From: the human T2T-CHM13v2.0 reference genome, Homo sapiens
Direction: 5' to 3' (one strand)
Length of the DNA stretch: 64,000 nt
Assembly (NCBI RefSeq): GCF_009914755.1
Contig: NC_060937.1
The notes beneath the pieces were generated by a model. The model made no database searches. It saw nothing but the letters and a program-made list of their open reading frames with translations, and was not told the DNA's origin. A program made the position numbers and the translations under genes. This document shows positions 28,986-43,619 of this stretch, piece after piece. Position 1 is the stretch's first letter. Every line of letters begins with the position of its first letter.

Positions 28986-31900
28986 AGCATAAGGATTGAT
29001 CAGAAGCCTCCTGGTTCTGGAGCCTTAGACTAGACACCATGGGGAGACATGATGAAAAATAACATATGATTTGTGTGCTTGAAACAAAAGCTAATGAGTG
29101 CTTACCACCTGCCTGGCAGTCCTGCATTCAGGGTGCAGTTCTCCCCTCATCCTGAGCTTTTTGGTACCTTCTATAGTTTCACTTTGTAGTAGAGAATGCT
29201 GAGCCTCATAAAGTGGGGACACACAGCTGCGTAGAGTTTGGATTGGAGCTCAGATGTGTGTGACTTAGGCATCACCCTCTGCCTTGAGTCCTCCACTCCA
29301 GGGTCTCAGAGCTGCTGAGCATTCTGGGGTTGGTCAGCTCTAACCTTGGTGGCATGCATTGAGCAACTCTCCATATTTTGGAGTCTTAATGTATTCCTAG
29401 CCTTAGTGATGGCAAGGACTCTGCTTTGGGAGACCTGGGTGCTAGTTCCAGCCCTGTCCCAAACTTTCTGTGTGATCTTTGTCTTTCTGAGTCCAGTATT
29501 TGCATCTGCATAATAGGACACAAGCACCAATTTTCACAGCCTCCTAGGGGTATTACAGAGTTCAGACAACAGAAGAGATATATGAATATTTGCAGACCGT
29601 AGAGTGTTTTATTTAGATGATGTGCTTTCAGGTCCTGACAACCCTCTGGAATGAACATGTCAGAAGTTGTAAACCTTCAATGCCCAGAGAGGTGGAGTGA
29701 CACTTCCAAGGTCACATAGCTAGTCAGAGACAGACCTAGGGGGAAGAAATGAGACAAACATGGATTCTAACTTGGGCTCTGTCTCTAACTGCCTGGGATA
29801 CTGCTCAAGCCCCTTCCCTCTCTAGGCCTCAGTTTCCTTGTTTTTACAATATGTGATACAGGATGAGGGGATGGATGGGGAGGATATCTGGGGGCCCTGC
29901 TAGAACTCACCTCTAGGGCCCAGGCTTGGGAATCCCCAGAACCCCCATATTGTCCTTTACACCTGGATGGCTGTGCTCAAGGACTCAGGGAGGGGGGACT
30001 CCTGCGGCCCTGGTCTTCCTAGCCCTTCCCCTTCTGTGGGCCCACCCTGGGCTGTCAGTGTGTTAGGTGCTGGAATGGTCTCACCTGGTTTGTAGTCATT
30101 TCCAAGGCAGTTTATGGTAACCTCACCTCTGTCCGTACCATGTCCTGAGCAGAGGTCCCGGGGAGAAGTCCTGGGGGCCAGAGCCACCCATGTCACCACT
30201 AGCCATGGTAGTCCTCTTCTCTATGAGGAGGCTGCACCCTGGAAGATGGCATCGGGTGGAACGGAACATCTGTCCTGACCTCCCCATTAAGCAGAGGTGG
30301 CTCTGGGACTGTGGGCAGAGATACTGGAGTGGCAGTGGGAAGCGAAGTGGGGGAGGAAATATTGCTGGGTACTAATGAGTCAGAGTTGATAGACTCATGT
30401 CTTCATGTGCTGTGGAGGAGGCAGTCTGGTGGGGTGCAGATGGCATATGTTTTGGTGACCTACAGGCTTACTTTCAAATAGCTGTTACCTCATGTTCCAC
30501 GTCTGTGACCTTGGCAAGTAGAGCTCCTCAACCCCGAACCTTGCACTGCTGAGTGGGAGAAACCAGAAGGGTCTTGTGTTGTCAGGGACCTGGTATCATG
30601 CCTGGCACAGAGCACTTGCGAAATCTTCATTCTCAAGATTGGCATTTGTGGCTCTGGGGGATACACAGGGAGGTCTGTGCATGTATGGGCAGGTACATGT
30701 GGATAGGTGCGGGTCTGTTTGTGTGTGTGGGAGTGCATGTTTCAGGGACACAGGCTATCAAAACCAGCACAAGGTGACTCCAATAAGGGAAGGGAGGAAA
30801 GCGCATGGTAAACCACGAAGACACTCTAGACATGAGGCTTCCTGCATCCTACATGGCCTCTTGGTGCCTGTGCCATTGTAGCCTTCAGTGCTCACGCTTG
30901 TCCTACCCTCAGGGTCCTGCCCTGGATCTCAGTTCCTGGCTTGTGGAAAGCGTCAGTAAATGGGGAAACATAAACATAAGGGAATATAACTAGCTAATTA
31001 GGGTAATTCAGTGAGGAGTAGCCATTTCCAACATGAATTAAACTGTCCCTGATTATTAGGGGCTGGAGGTCTAGTGAGAGAGACAATTTGTGGCATGATG
31101 GGGAGGAAGTAGGATTCACAGAGAAGGTGAGCTTGGCTTTGTAGGTTAAGTAGAAATTCACCAGGCAGAGAAGATGTGGGAAGACGCTCCAGGCAGAAGA
31201 GCAACAGGATCGAAGCCATGTGGTGAAAGGACAAGGCAAGTCTGTCAGCAATGCTACTAGAGCGGGAGGGGAACAAGTCAGGGTGGAAATGGACGGGCCT
31301 CAGCTCCTCAGTGCCTGGGATGTTATGCTAAGGAATTTGGATCTTACCCTTTAGTCAAAGGGACAAGGGAGGGACATGACCAGGTTTGCAGTTTGAGAAA
31401 ATTATCAGGCTGATATCTGGAAAGAGGATGGTCTGGGGCAGCGAGACCAGTGGGAGGCTTCTCTGCTCAGATGAGAGATGGTGGTCATCTGGATTAGGCA
31501 GAATTTGAACCCAAGGCTGTAGGAACTGAGAAGACAGTTCCAGTTTACCATATGAGGAATACCTGCTGTGGCTGGCAGGGCACCAGCACTTCTACCCAGA
31601 TTATCTCACTAAAATTCTAAAGTAGACCTGGTCAGCTCTGGAAGCCACCTGGGCCTCAGGCATGAGAGAGGAGGAGGAATTGGGGCAAACCTAGTGGGTG
31701 GGTGCAGTTGGAGATGCTGAGCCTATTAGCAAAGATGGGACAGGAAAGTGGGGAGCAGGGAAAGGAGTGGCAGGGAGAGTGAGGCCTTTCCCTGCCTGGC
31801 TTCAGCCTTTACCCATGAGCCTCCCGTTCCTCATTTCTGCTGGACCCAGGACCAGGACCCTGGCTGGTGTTGAAGGTTCTGTCTCCTCTGTGGGCTTCCC

Positions 31901-32154
31901 TCCCTCTGCTTCTTCCTTCTGAGGATTGCTCAATGTTCTGCCTAAACACAAATCTGACTGCATACTCTCCTGCTGATAAACCTTCAAGGATGCCTCTGAT
32001 TCTGGGCAAAGCCTGAGCTTCTTAGTTTTATGTTCTGGGGGTCTCCATTGTTTGATATCCCCTCCCCAGCTTCAACTCTGCCTGTTCTTCCTCATCAAAG
32101 TACCTGTATTTTAATATGCTACCTCCTTCCTTTTCCTCCAAGATTTTCATAATT

Positions 32155-32596
32155 GTGGTTGTGATGATGATGATGATGACGGTGATGGTGAAGGTGGTGA
32201 TAATGATAGTGATAGTTATGTTGAGGATGATGGTGAGGATAGCGATGGTGATAATGTTGGTGATGGTGAGGAAGGTGATGGTGAAGGTGGTGATAATGAT
32301 AGTGATAGTTATGCTGAGGAGGATGATGATGATGATGGTGAGAATGGTGAAGGTGAGCATGGTGATGGTGATGGTAAAGATGGTGGTGATGAGGTGATAA
32401 TGATGGTGATGGTCAGGATGGTGGTGGTGAAAATGGTGGTGGTGATGATGGTGATGGTGAGGATGGTGATAGTGAAGGTGGTGATGATACTGATAGTTAT
32501 GGTGGGGATGCTGCTGCTGATGCTGGTGAGAATGGTGAGGGTGAGACTGATGATGATAATGAGGATAGTGATGGTGAGTATGGGGATGGTGATGGT
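32155..32596. repeat. Compound (GAT/GGT)n low-complexity array 1
   Basis: Continuous ggtgatggtgat-type trinucleotide mosaic; source of the His/Ile/Met/Val-rich ORFs. Confidence 0.95.
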
Positions 32597-33309
32597 ACAC
32601 CCCTTGATCTGGCAATTCGACATCTAAGAATTGTTCATTTCTTCTAGGATTTTTTTTTTTTTTGAGTCAAGACTTCCCTATGTTGCCCAGGCTGGCCACG
32701 AACTACTGGCCACGAGTGATCCTCCCACTTTGGCCTCCTGAGTAGCTGTGATTACTGGCATGAACCATGGTGCCTGGCTTTACCCTAGGAATTTATACTG
32801 AGGAAATAATCAGACAAGTGTGCCAAGTGATACTTAGAGAAGGATATTTATTGTTGCATTGATGATAGTAGGTAAGATGTGGGAAGAATGTAAATGTCCA
32901 GCAATAAGAGATTGGCTAAATAATTGTGCTACAGCTAGGCAAGGGGCTGGCTTATGGCCATTCAGAACACACTCCCTCCTGATTGAGTCAAATCTCCTGT
33001 CCCTGCTCTCACACACCACACACCTCCCACCTTTTCAGCACAAATTACAGTCGTAATTTTCCATTTCTTTGTGAACCTCTTTGATGAGTTTCTGTATCCC
33101 TCATTAGATGCTAAGCTCCATGGAGGCAAGGAGTATACTATGTTCATTATTGTGTCCTCCATGACAAGTTAAGTTCCTGGAACACAGTACACTCTCAATA
33201 ATTTGTTGTTAAATGAATGACTGAATCTATATTTCTCAGTATGGAATCCTGTTTGAAATATGCAATGAAGAGAAAGAGCAGATTATAAAACAGCATGCAT
33301 ACTGTAGTA

Positions 33310-33763
33310 CACACTGCAAATTCCCTCCTTTCTTGATCTTCTTTGGGGGACCACATGTGCACTCTCAGTCAATAAATTATGATTGATCCAAAGTCAATCA
33401 TGACATTGCTATTCTCTACTGCTAGGGATGGTCATGAGATCAGGTTCTGGCCAATCTAAACACAGATTTCCAGACCTAAAGAGAAATCCTCTGGGGGTCA
33501 CCTCTGAAGTTCTTGCTTTTCTAATAAGAATACGGAAGTGACTGCTTTTGCTGGCCTTGTAAACTCATGTAGTGGTTGGAGTTGCAGTAGCCGTCTTACA
33601 GCCATGAGCTAAATTCCAATAGACTCACAAAGATGCTGGGCCTAAAATTGTTGAACCAGTGAACCATAGCCAGGAACCATAGATATTCTAACTACGTAAG
33701 AAAAATGAACCTGTCTTTGTTTAAGTGACTGAACTTTCAGATTAATGCACTCTCAACAGATAC
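33310..33763 (+). mobile_element. Old MaLR solo LTR (MLT1 family)
   Basis: ttctggccaat, ggagttgcagtagccgtcttacagccatgag, tttgtttaag and terminal gataca motifs typical of MLT1; boundaries approximate. Confidence 0.6.
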
Positions 33764-36700
33764 AGAGCATGATCCCATATATACCTGTATGTGCAAATAT
33801 GAATAGAAAAATAATTAAAGTGATTATCTCTGTCTGGTAGGATTCTCCTTCATATTTTTTTATTTTATAAAGTTTTCCCAAAGGGCATGTAAATAATAAT
33901 CAGACAAATATTTCTGTACATTCAGAAAATAAAAAATGGTACTAATTTTATTTTTAAAAAATAAACAAAATATTGGGGCCCCAGAAGGTAGTTCACTACC
34001 ATATGATAAGTTAATTAGCCACGACCGAGATGAACACTTGTGGGTATCCTGGAGGACAGGTTCGGCAGCAGTGGGAGGTCCCCTCCAGAACAGTATGTGG
34101 TTCCAAACTCCTGAGGGAGGCGGGACAGACCCCAAGGAAGTAGATGAGAACCTGAGTGAGGCTCTGTGGGGAGAGAGGATGTTCCTCAGCCCTCATGAGG
34201 ACATGTCAGTTTTACTTGAGATTAGGCCCTGGCCTTGGCTGGGCAGCCTGCCAGGTAGGTTCTCAGCAGCATGGGGTGATAACAGGAGGAGGGGAAGGCT
34301 GGCAAGCTGGGATAGCTCTGGGGTCTTCAGGTGGGGCTGTCTCGGGTAGCAACTGTGTTGGCTGTAAACACAGATTTCCAGGAAGCAGAGCGTTGCAATC
34401 TCTTCCACCACAAACCTGGACCATCAGGGATGTTTCCATAGCAGCATCTATGCTGGTGAGGAATCTGGGCATGATCTGTGATCCCCTCTCCCACTTTTTC
34501 TTTTCTCTTAGAATGGGACAGAGCAGCCTGGAGCAGCTAGTGTCCTGTAGTGACTCCAGTTTGCTGCTCTCTTCCTTATCTTCTTCCTCCTGCCTTCTGT
34601 CTGCTCTGCATCCTTCACCTTCTACATCAGGAAGCTCAAGTCACCGGGCTGAGCCTGGGCTTCTCATTTAAATCACGGAGTGCCAGTCAATGCCTCCCTT
34701 CCTCTTCCCAGGGAGCAACTTCAATCTTCACTGCCTGCAGTGGGGAGCTAGACCCTGCTCCTTATTCCCTGTGGGACCATCCGCAGCCTGTTTCCTCACC
34801 CCTGTAATGGGACAGCAGTCCTCCCTGCCCACCTGGCAGTGCTAATTCCAGGCTGGGGGCCCTCCTGGGAAAATCACTAGTGTGGGTGATACGGTGGGTG
34901 TTTGTGTGTGTGGAGGGGTGGGGCTGCCACCTGGCCATTTACAGACCCCATCCTTCCTCTCTCCCTGTGCTTGTCACATGTCAGGAATCCCTCTCCTTTG
35001 CGCCATGATACATAAGACATTTTCAGATCCATCATCTCATTGAGCCTTGCATCTCCTTGGTGAAATTGGAGTTATTGTCACCATTTTACTGATGAGTAAA
35101 ATGAGGCTCAGAAAGGGGAACATCGTTGCCAGGGTTCCGCCGTGGACTTATAGCGGAGCTGGGATTATGATGCATGTTCTGGATTCCTGGCGGGGTCCTG
35201 GCCCATCTGCAGCTAAGGCCTTTCTTGCTGCTCCCATGAGGTCCGTTTTCCATTCCTTTCCTCCCCATGACAGCCACTCTCACCACCACTCAGGGTCTGT
35301 GCTCACTGTCACACCACCCCTCGCTGAGCCCTGCATCTGGGCTGGAACCCACCATGTCCATCAGACGGATTTTCCTCAATGGTGGTTGGGCTCCAAATCC
35401 ACTCTCCCCAGACTGACACAAATTGCACTACAGGGGGCTGCAACTGTAGGCGTTTCTGGTCTAGAGAGAGAGAGATAGTCCCATAGAAATGTCAACATCA
35501 GTTGGTGAAGAAGAGAATGGAAACACAGGAGAAAGTTCAGGGAGTGATGTCAGGAGGAGGTGGCCCTTGAGTTGGGTCTTGAGGGATGTGTAAGAGTTAC
35601 CAGGCAAGGAACGCTGGGAAGGGCATTCTAGGAGGAAAGAGCAGCATTCTCCAAGGCTCAGACTGGTCTGGTGGCTACAAGGTAGAGCTGGGTGACCTGG
35701 ACCCCTTGAAACAGTGCTCCCTTTTCAGGAGGAAATCTGCAGCTCCCATACTTTGGGCTGTCTCAGAGTCCCCCAGAGATCTTGGGAAATTCCTGGGTCC
35801 TGTTCCCAGGGATTCTGGTTCAGGCAGAGGAATCTGCGCTTCTCACAGGCAGGGGCTGTGACCTCACCCCACAGTTCTGATGCAGTTGGTCCCTGGATCA
35901 CTCTTGGAGAAATACAAACAGGACTGAGAGGCTTTGACCCAAGGACTGTGCAGGGGGTGGGATGGGGATAGATGTGGAATGGGCCAGAGGAATAGTGGTT
36001 GGAGCTATACCCTCCTGGACCACCTTGTCTAAAATGTGGCTCTCCCATCCCCCTTTCCTACTGATACATTCTATCCTCCACTTTTCCTTTATTTTATTTT
36101 ATTTTATTTTTTGTAGATACAGGGTTTCACTATGTTACCCAGACTGGTCTCAAATTCCTGACCTCAACCATCCTCGCATCTCGGCCTCCCAAAGCACTAG
36201 GATTACAGGCATGAAGCACCATCCTCTCATCACCAACTCACATGCTGAACATTTGACTAGTTTATTTATTACCTGTTTCACTCTACTGGCATGAGGGCTA
36301 CATGAGGAAAGAGACTTTGTCTATGTCATTCATTGCTGTAGCCAGGTGTCTACAATGTGTAAGGCCATGGAAGCTGTTTCTGTTTTGGTTTGTAATTTTA
36401 ATTTTGGGAAGCAGAAGATATCTGAGTGGACTCAGTGGCTGACAGGAAAAGGGAGAACAGTCTTGGTGTGCACAAGAGTGACAGGGAGATCTAGACAGAG
36501 AGACGTCAGAGGACAGTTCCTGGAAGGGGCTGATGGAAAGGTGGGGCAACTGGGGAGGGTCTCTCTGGACATCAATTCCTTTGAAGCTGGCAGGGAGGGA
36601 GGAAGTGCATGGGTGGAGAGGAATGCTTGAAGAAGACCTCCTTGGCTTCCATATTCTTCATGAAGTGACAGGTGAGGGGCTTCCTGGGAAGAGAGGGCAG

Positions 36701-37616
36701 GAGGGGAGCAAATGTAGGCTGGTGATGGTGGGCCTGCAGCAGTGCCCCAGGGTGAAGGGGTGAATGTATTACTGAGGCTGGATCCTGGTCATGACCCTTG
36801 CCTTGGCTTCAAGACTCATTAAAAACCAGCCTCCTCCAGTGAGCTTAGATCATGACACTGCACTCCATCCTGGAGACAGAGTGAGACTCCGTCTCAAAAA
36901 CAAAAACAAAAAAACAGCCTCCATTCCCAATGTGCCCAGCTGGACCATGCGCTGCTTCCTGGATGTGCCACCAACACAACTGGAACACAAATCCTGAGTC
37001 ACTGCCTCTAGAAAGCCTGCCTGGATTCAGTGCCCATCTGACTGGGCTCCTGCAGCACCTGGTCTGCCACTACTATGTGACTTACCTCTGCCTGCCTCTT
37101 ATCACAGGTGCCTGTGTTTTTACCTGCCTCAGTGAGGGCTGTTGAGGACCGGGCCAGGCTGATCCATCTTAGGGGCTACAGTAGGTGCCAGCAATGGCTG
37201 GACTGTGTCAGGGCTGGACAATAAGCAAGCCAGGTTCTCATGCTGGGCACTGGGTGCCCTTTGTGGGCTCAAGTGGGCATCACCACTGCTTCTGAGTGGC
37301 CAGAAGATTCCTGGGAGAGGCCTGGTTATCTTGGGCTGACCCTCACTCCCCAGTTCCATCCTCCCTCCCTCCCTTGCTGAAACCCTTTTGCATGTCCTCA
37401 ACATCCTGCTCCAGCACCAGCAGCCCCCTGGTTTTCAGCAGCCTCAGGGAACTCTTCCTTTTCTTCCTTGCTGTGAGTAACAGGCCCAATCCCCTGAGGA
37501 CACTGCTGCCTTGCGGTCCTCTGCTGCAGCCCTTCCCTGGACCTGAGCAGGATAGGTCCTCCTTGCTTCTCATTGCCTCCCTCTTTCAGCTCATCATCCT
37601 GCTCTCCCATAAAAAT

Positions 37617-38230
37617 ACATTCATGTGCCATGAAATGATGTTTCCATCAACCCAGATCGCATGTGCAGTGGTGGATCCATGAAACTATAATGGAGCCGAA
37701 AGACACCTACTGCCTAGCCCAGTGACATAACAATTGTAACGTTATGGCACAGTTACTTTAAAAATATATTTATTAAAAAAGATTTATAATTCTATAGAAA
37801 AAGAAATATATGTCTTGTAGTGTAGCCTAAGTGTCCAGTGTTTATAAAATCTACAGTAGTGCACAGTCATGCCCTAGGAATTCATCTTCACTCACCACTC
37901 ACTGACTCACCCAGAGAAGTTTCCAGCCCTGCACATTCCATTCATGGTAAGTGTCCTAGACCAGTGCACCATGTCTAGGTACCATACTACATTTTTATAT
38001 AGTGCAATACTATGTTTTTACTGTACTTTTCATGATATGTTTAGATGTGCAAGTACTGACCATTGTGCTACAACTGCCAACAATATTCACTGCAGTAACC
38101 TGTGCCCAGGTGTGCAGCCTGAGAGCGGTAGGCTGTGCCATAGAGCCTAGGTGTACAGTAGGTACAATATTGAGGTGTGTGTAAGCACACTCTGTGACGT
38201 TCACACAAAGAAAAATTACCCAAGGACACG
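37617..38230 (+). mobile_element. Tigger3-family (MER7) non-autonomous DNA transposon
   Basis: 5' catgtgccatgaaatgatgtttcc...tataatggagccgaaa, internal cactcaccactcactgactcacccagag, 3' tagagcctaggtgtacagtagg...gtgtaagcacactct. Confidence 0.8.
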
Positions 38231-40770
38231 GTGACACACGAAGGGAATCAATATTGAAGCTCTTGCCCTCAGATTGCACCCAGGGCCACATCCCTATGCA
38301 TTGAAGACTTAGCTCCCAGTTCATGGGCACTTTTTCCTGCTGAGGTGATTCCAACATGCACATAGAGAGTCCTCCTCATGCTCTGGCTCTTGGTCCCTCC
38401 ACCCCTAGAGACCTTGTCTCAACCCTCCCTGAGTCACCCACTCCTACCTGTATATTCTTGTCCTTGTCACTGCAGAAACTGTAGCTACTCCAGACCCTCA
38501 ATTTCAAACACGCTTTTTTTGACCACAACTTTCCTTTTTCCAGCTGCCTCCCAACTCCAAGACACTTCAATGACTCCAAATTTTCACTTTTGTGTCTCAC
38601 TCTGTTTCTTGCAAATTTCCCCTCCTCCCAGCTGAGACTATATGGTCCAGCCTGTCATCCACCCTCTCTAACACTCTCCACTCTCTTGCCCCACAATTAA
38701 TTGTGCTCCCAGGGCAAAACTGCACTCTGCTGAAAGCCAGCCACCCGCTCCCTCTGCTCCTGCAGTCAGGTGGCTGAGCACAGCCAGAGAGAAACACACG
38801 TGCCTTTTGCTCTCACTTAATCATCAAGCCCAAACCTCCAGTGGGCCCTGGATGATGTCCTACAAACTCACTCATTTCCCGAGTCCATAAGTCTGCCAGA
38901 CTTCTTTATTTGTTATCTTAATAAAAATATATATAATCTAAGTATTTTATGAATACCAACTGATTTAATTATGATAAAACTCTATGAATCTGTTCTATAA
39001 TAATCACCATTTCACAGCTGAGGAGATGCTGGCACAGGAAGAGATGAAGTGACTTGCCCTGGAGCCCAGGCACCCAGCTCTGGAAGTGCTGCCCTGTCCC
39101 CAAGCAACAGTATCGTGCCTTCTCCTTCCTCCTTAAACCTCTAAAACCTTCCCCAGCCTTCCTTACACCTGCTGCCTTGCTTCCTACTTCAATTTGAAAA
39201 TAGATGCAATAAAGAGAGAACCTTCCCTGGATCCCACCCCCACATCTCCCCAGCTGCTTGCCTCTGTGCTTCCTTCTCCACCTTCGCTTGTTATTGTAGC
39301 TGGAGTGTCTGCACTCATGTTAGGGGTGAATTTTCTCCATCATATCCATAGTTCAACCCTCAGGTTCTTTCCTGAGTGTCCACTTTGCACACTGCCCGGT
39401 TCCGCAATGCAGCTCTCCCACCCATCTCACACCCTGCATGCTTATTTATTCATCATCTGTTCTGCTCTACTACAGTGAGAGCTACACAGGGGCAGGGATT
39501 CTGGGTATCTTATGCACTGCAGATTCCAACATCTAGAGCAGTACCTGGCACCTAGAAGGTGTTGGTATTTAATGAAGTCAGTCATTTTATATGTCAGGCT
39601 CTGGCCTGGTGCTGGGGACACTAGGGTGATTCAGACAGGTCCCTGCTTATACCAAGTTTATAGTCCCATAGGGGAGACAAACACATTACCTGACAAATTT
39701 GCAGGCAGCCATTTATATTTTGCATCTAACAAAGCAGCCCTTATTGTACTTGAGAGGAAATGCACTCAAGCCGTTAGCTGTAGCCCCACTTCCCCTGCTT
39801 CAGGACAGAAAGCCCCAGGCTCCAGCCCTTACATTCCTGGGCCTCCAGGGCTCCCTGGACTTTAGGAAACAGCTAGTAAGGGAGTCAAAGTCCACTTTGA
39901 CTCAGAGCTGTGGGATGTCAACAAGGTGCTTCCCCTCTCTGGTCCTCAATGTCTTTGTCTATTACAAGAGATGATGGTGCCAGCTCAGCAAGCTCCACCG
40001 GGCTGGGGCAAATGGGACAGGGAGGGTGACAATGCTTTGTGGACAGAGAGGAGGAATTCTGAGTGGCTACTGGAAAGGCAGCATGTTTATTTGACAATTT
40101 CAAACATGACAGAACTGCGGAACACAGACATCAAGACTCCTCTGTAATTCCATTTGGAGTTTAAAGCTCAGATTTTGTTTTGTTTAAGCAGTGGCAAATG
40201 TTATGTATAGATATAGATGTGGGATCATAAAATGTGTTTAAAAGTTATTGATGTGGGACAACTTTGCATATCAATATACAAGCATTTATTTTATTTGTTT
40301 TAATAGCTGTGAAATATCCCACTGTATGAAGAGACTAAAATCTGTCCTTCTATTGTGGATATTTGGATTGATGAACCATTGGAACAAATCACAGAGGCCA
40401 ATCAAAGCATTTGACAGCCTGGCAGATCAAAGTGAGAGGTTTATTACAGAAGACAGTAATGCTAAAAGGGGAGGAGAGCTAAGTGAATCCACCTGCTGCA
40501 ATCAGAGTCCAGAATCCCACCAACATAAGATGCAGGAGACAACGCGGCCAAAAGGGCAGAGGCCCCCAGGGCTCCCAGCAGAGCCAGATGCAAACTTGTC
40601 ATCCCACCCTGTGTGTGGGCTTCCTATGCCCTGGACAGTCTTTCCTGAGGCTGAGGCTGTTTTAAGAGCTTAGAGCACCCATTCTACGGCAGAATTTCTT
40701 ATGAATGAGGTCCCTGTTCTGTGCTCCTCACCTATCCTGGGCCCTTTTCCCAACTTGACTTTGGGTAGTG

Positions 40771-42783
40771 GGTGGATATAGGCCCCAGGTAAACACCAGG
40801 CCCCAGGTGGACATCAGGGCTCAGGTGGACACACAGCCTCCAGGTGTATATCAGGCCCCAGGTATATACCATTTTCCTGGTATGTATTAGTAACCAAGGG
40901 GACACTGGACTCCAGGTGTACATCAGGCTCACAGGTGGACACCTAGGCCCCATATGGACACCAGCCTACAGGTGAGCATCAGGCTGCAGGAGGATACCCA
41001 GGCCTTAGGTAGATATCACGCCCTACAAGGACACCAGGCCTCAGGTGGACATCAGGGCCTAGCTGGGGACTCAGGTTCTAGGAAGACACCCAGGCCTCAA
41101 GTAGCATCAGGGCCAAGGCGGATACTAGACTCCAGGTGGACATCAGACCTAGGTGGACACCTGGGACCCTGGTGACCATCAGGCCCCAGATTAACTGCAG
41201 GCCTTCGGTGAACATCTGATCCCAGTTGGATATCAGACCCCAGGAGAACATCAGTCCCCAGGTGGATATCAGCTTCCAAGTTGACATCAGGTCACAAGTG
41301 GACACTGGACTTGAGGTGTACGTCAGGCCTCAGATGGACCCCCAGGCCCCAGGTGTACAGCAGGCTGAGGTAGAAACCAAGGCACAGGTAACACCATCTC
41401 CTAGGTGGTTACCTAGGCTTCAGGTAGACATCAGACCCCAGGTGGACACTTGGGTCTCAGGTGGTCATCAGGCCCTAGGTGGAAACTCAGGTCCCAGGTG
41501 CACATCACGTACCAAGTGGACACCCAGGCCCCAGGTGGACACCAGCCTACAAGTGGACATCAGACCACAGGAGGACACCCAGGCCCCAGATAGATATCAG
41601 ACTCCAGAGGAACACCCAGGCCTCAGGCGGACATCAGGTCCCAGGTTAATTCCAGGCCCCAGATGGAACTCAGGCCCCACCTGGACACAAGTCCCTAGGT
41701 AGATACACAGGCCCTGTAGGCCCTGGGGAACATCAGGCCTTAGGTGAAGTTCTAGGCTACAGGTGGACATCTTGCTCCAGTTGGACATCTGGTCCCAAGT
41801 GAACATCAGTCTCCAGGTGGACACAATGTCCCAAGTTGGACATCAGGCACCAGGAGGACTTTAGTCCTCTGGTGAACACCAGCTCCCAGGTTGACGTCAG
41901 GCTACGAGTTGACACCCAGGGCCCAGATGGACATGTGGCCCTAGATGAACACTAGTCCCCAGTCAGCTGGGGCCTGGGTCCACCTGGAGCCTGATGCTTA
42001 GCTAGAGACTGGATATCCACCTGAGGCCTAGGTATCTACCCAGGGACTGGTGTCAAAGTGGGGCCTGATATCCACCTGGGGACTAGGTATCCACCTGGGG
42101 CTTGATATACACCTCGAGCCAGATGACCTTCCGGAGTCTGATGTCCACCACAGGCCTGGGTGTCCATCTGGGGCCTGGTGTTGATTTGGATTCCAGTGTC
42201 TACCTGGAACCTGGGACCATGTAGTCCACTTGGAGCCTGGAGTTTTCACCTGGGGCCTGGTAGACATCTGGCCCCAGTAAACATCAGCGTGGGGCCTCGT
42301 TGTCCACTTAGAGCCTGGAGTTTTCACCTAGGGCCTGAAGATCACCTGGGACCCAGGTGTACACCTGGGACATCAGGCTCCAGGTGTAAACCCAGGCTCC
42401 AGGGTACAACAGGCCCCAAGAGAACTCCAGACCATATTAAACATCAAGTGTCCGGTGGATGCCCAGGCCCCATGTGTACACCAGGCCCCAGGTAGACAGT
42501 GGACGCCAGCTGAACATCAGCCCCAAGGTTGACACCCATACTACAGGTGGATATGAGGCCCCAGGTGAATACCTATGCTTCAGGTGTGCATCAGTCCCCA
42601 GGTGAACATAAGGCCACAGATAGACATCAGGCCTCAGGTGCACATCTGGCTCCAGGTAAACATCAGGCCTTAGGTGGATACCCACTCCCCAGGTGGACAT
42701 CAGAGACCAGGTTGACACAAAAAAATCCCAGTGGGTATCAAGTCCCAGTGGACGTCCAGGCTCCAGGTAAACACCCCAGCCCC
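40771..42783. repeat. Diverged GC-rich satellite, ~19-20 bp unit CAGGTGGACATCAGGCCC (HSAT5-like, family name from memory)
   Basis: Roughly 100 degenerate copies of caggtggaca(t/c)caggcc; orientation flips at ~41964 and back at ~42351. Confidence 0.85.
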
Positions 42784-43619
42784 ACTGTAACTGTAACCAC
42801 CATAACGAGAAGTGGTAGGTCTAAGTACCATCATGCTCCTTGCTCACAAAAGGATGCTTAGCTATTTTATTCAAAATACAACTCCATTCATCACTCTGAG
42901 CAGCGATGTGTAGAAAGGAAGAGAAAAATAAACCAGGCTTCAAGGAATCCATCCAAAATGAGGTAGATATTATAAGGGACAGAAATCCCCAAATGAAATG
43001 TTATAGTTGACATAGAATAGTCTTTAAAACCCATTAATTTTCTCACACATTTGATACAAAGCATTATTTCCAGAGACTGAACCTAGAAAGAATTGCTTAA
43101 GACTAGGAGTCTTGTTCCAGCCTAGATCCCACACTGTTGAACATCTATACTTAGTACATCACATTATACATAGCACTGATATGATCTGTGTGCATTTAAT
43201 TTCCTAATACTTGTTCATCTCTGGCATAGTTTATATATATATGTGTGTGTGTGTGTGTGTATATATATATCATATGTAACATACGTGCATACAAGTACAC
43301 ACATACACACAAAAGGTATATAAGGGTAGGATAGTATAATTGTGCAGTAACGTTTCTTGTGAAAGTGGTGGAAAGTGGATTGCGTTGGCGACATGCTGGA
43401 ATGTGCTTCCATTGGCAGAAGTAAGGCTTTCAAAACTAGTCGTTTTCATTTTTCTCTAGCAACTGGGAATATTAATAATTGAAGATGTGTTGGTATAAAA
43501 CTAATCATAATAATCACAATGAAGTGGTTTTAATAATTATAAGATATAATAGACATTACAGATATTATAAGATGTCAAGAAAAAGAAGATGCTATAAAAT
43601 CTTTGAGATGATTGACACG

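Noticed and set aside
32028-32627. His-rich and Met/Val-rich ORFs (also 50575-51425)
   Set aside because: Translation artefacts of (GAT/GGT)n arrays.
40732-42861. ORFs with QVD/PRWT repeats
   Set aside because: Translations of the satellite unit.
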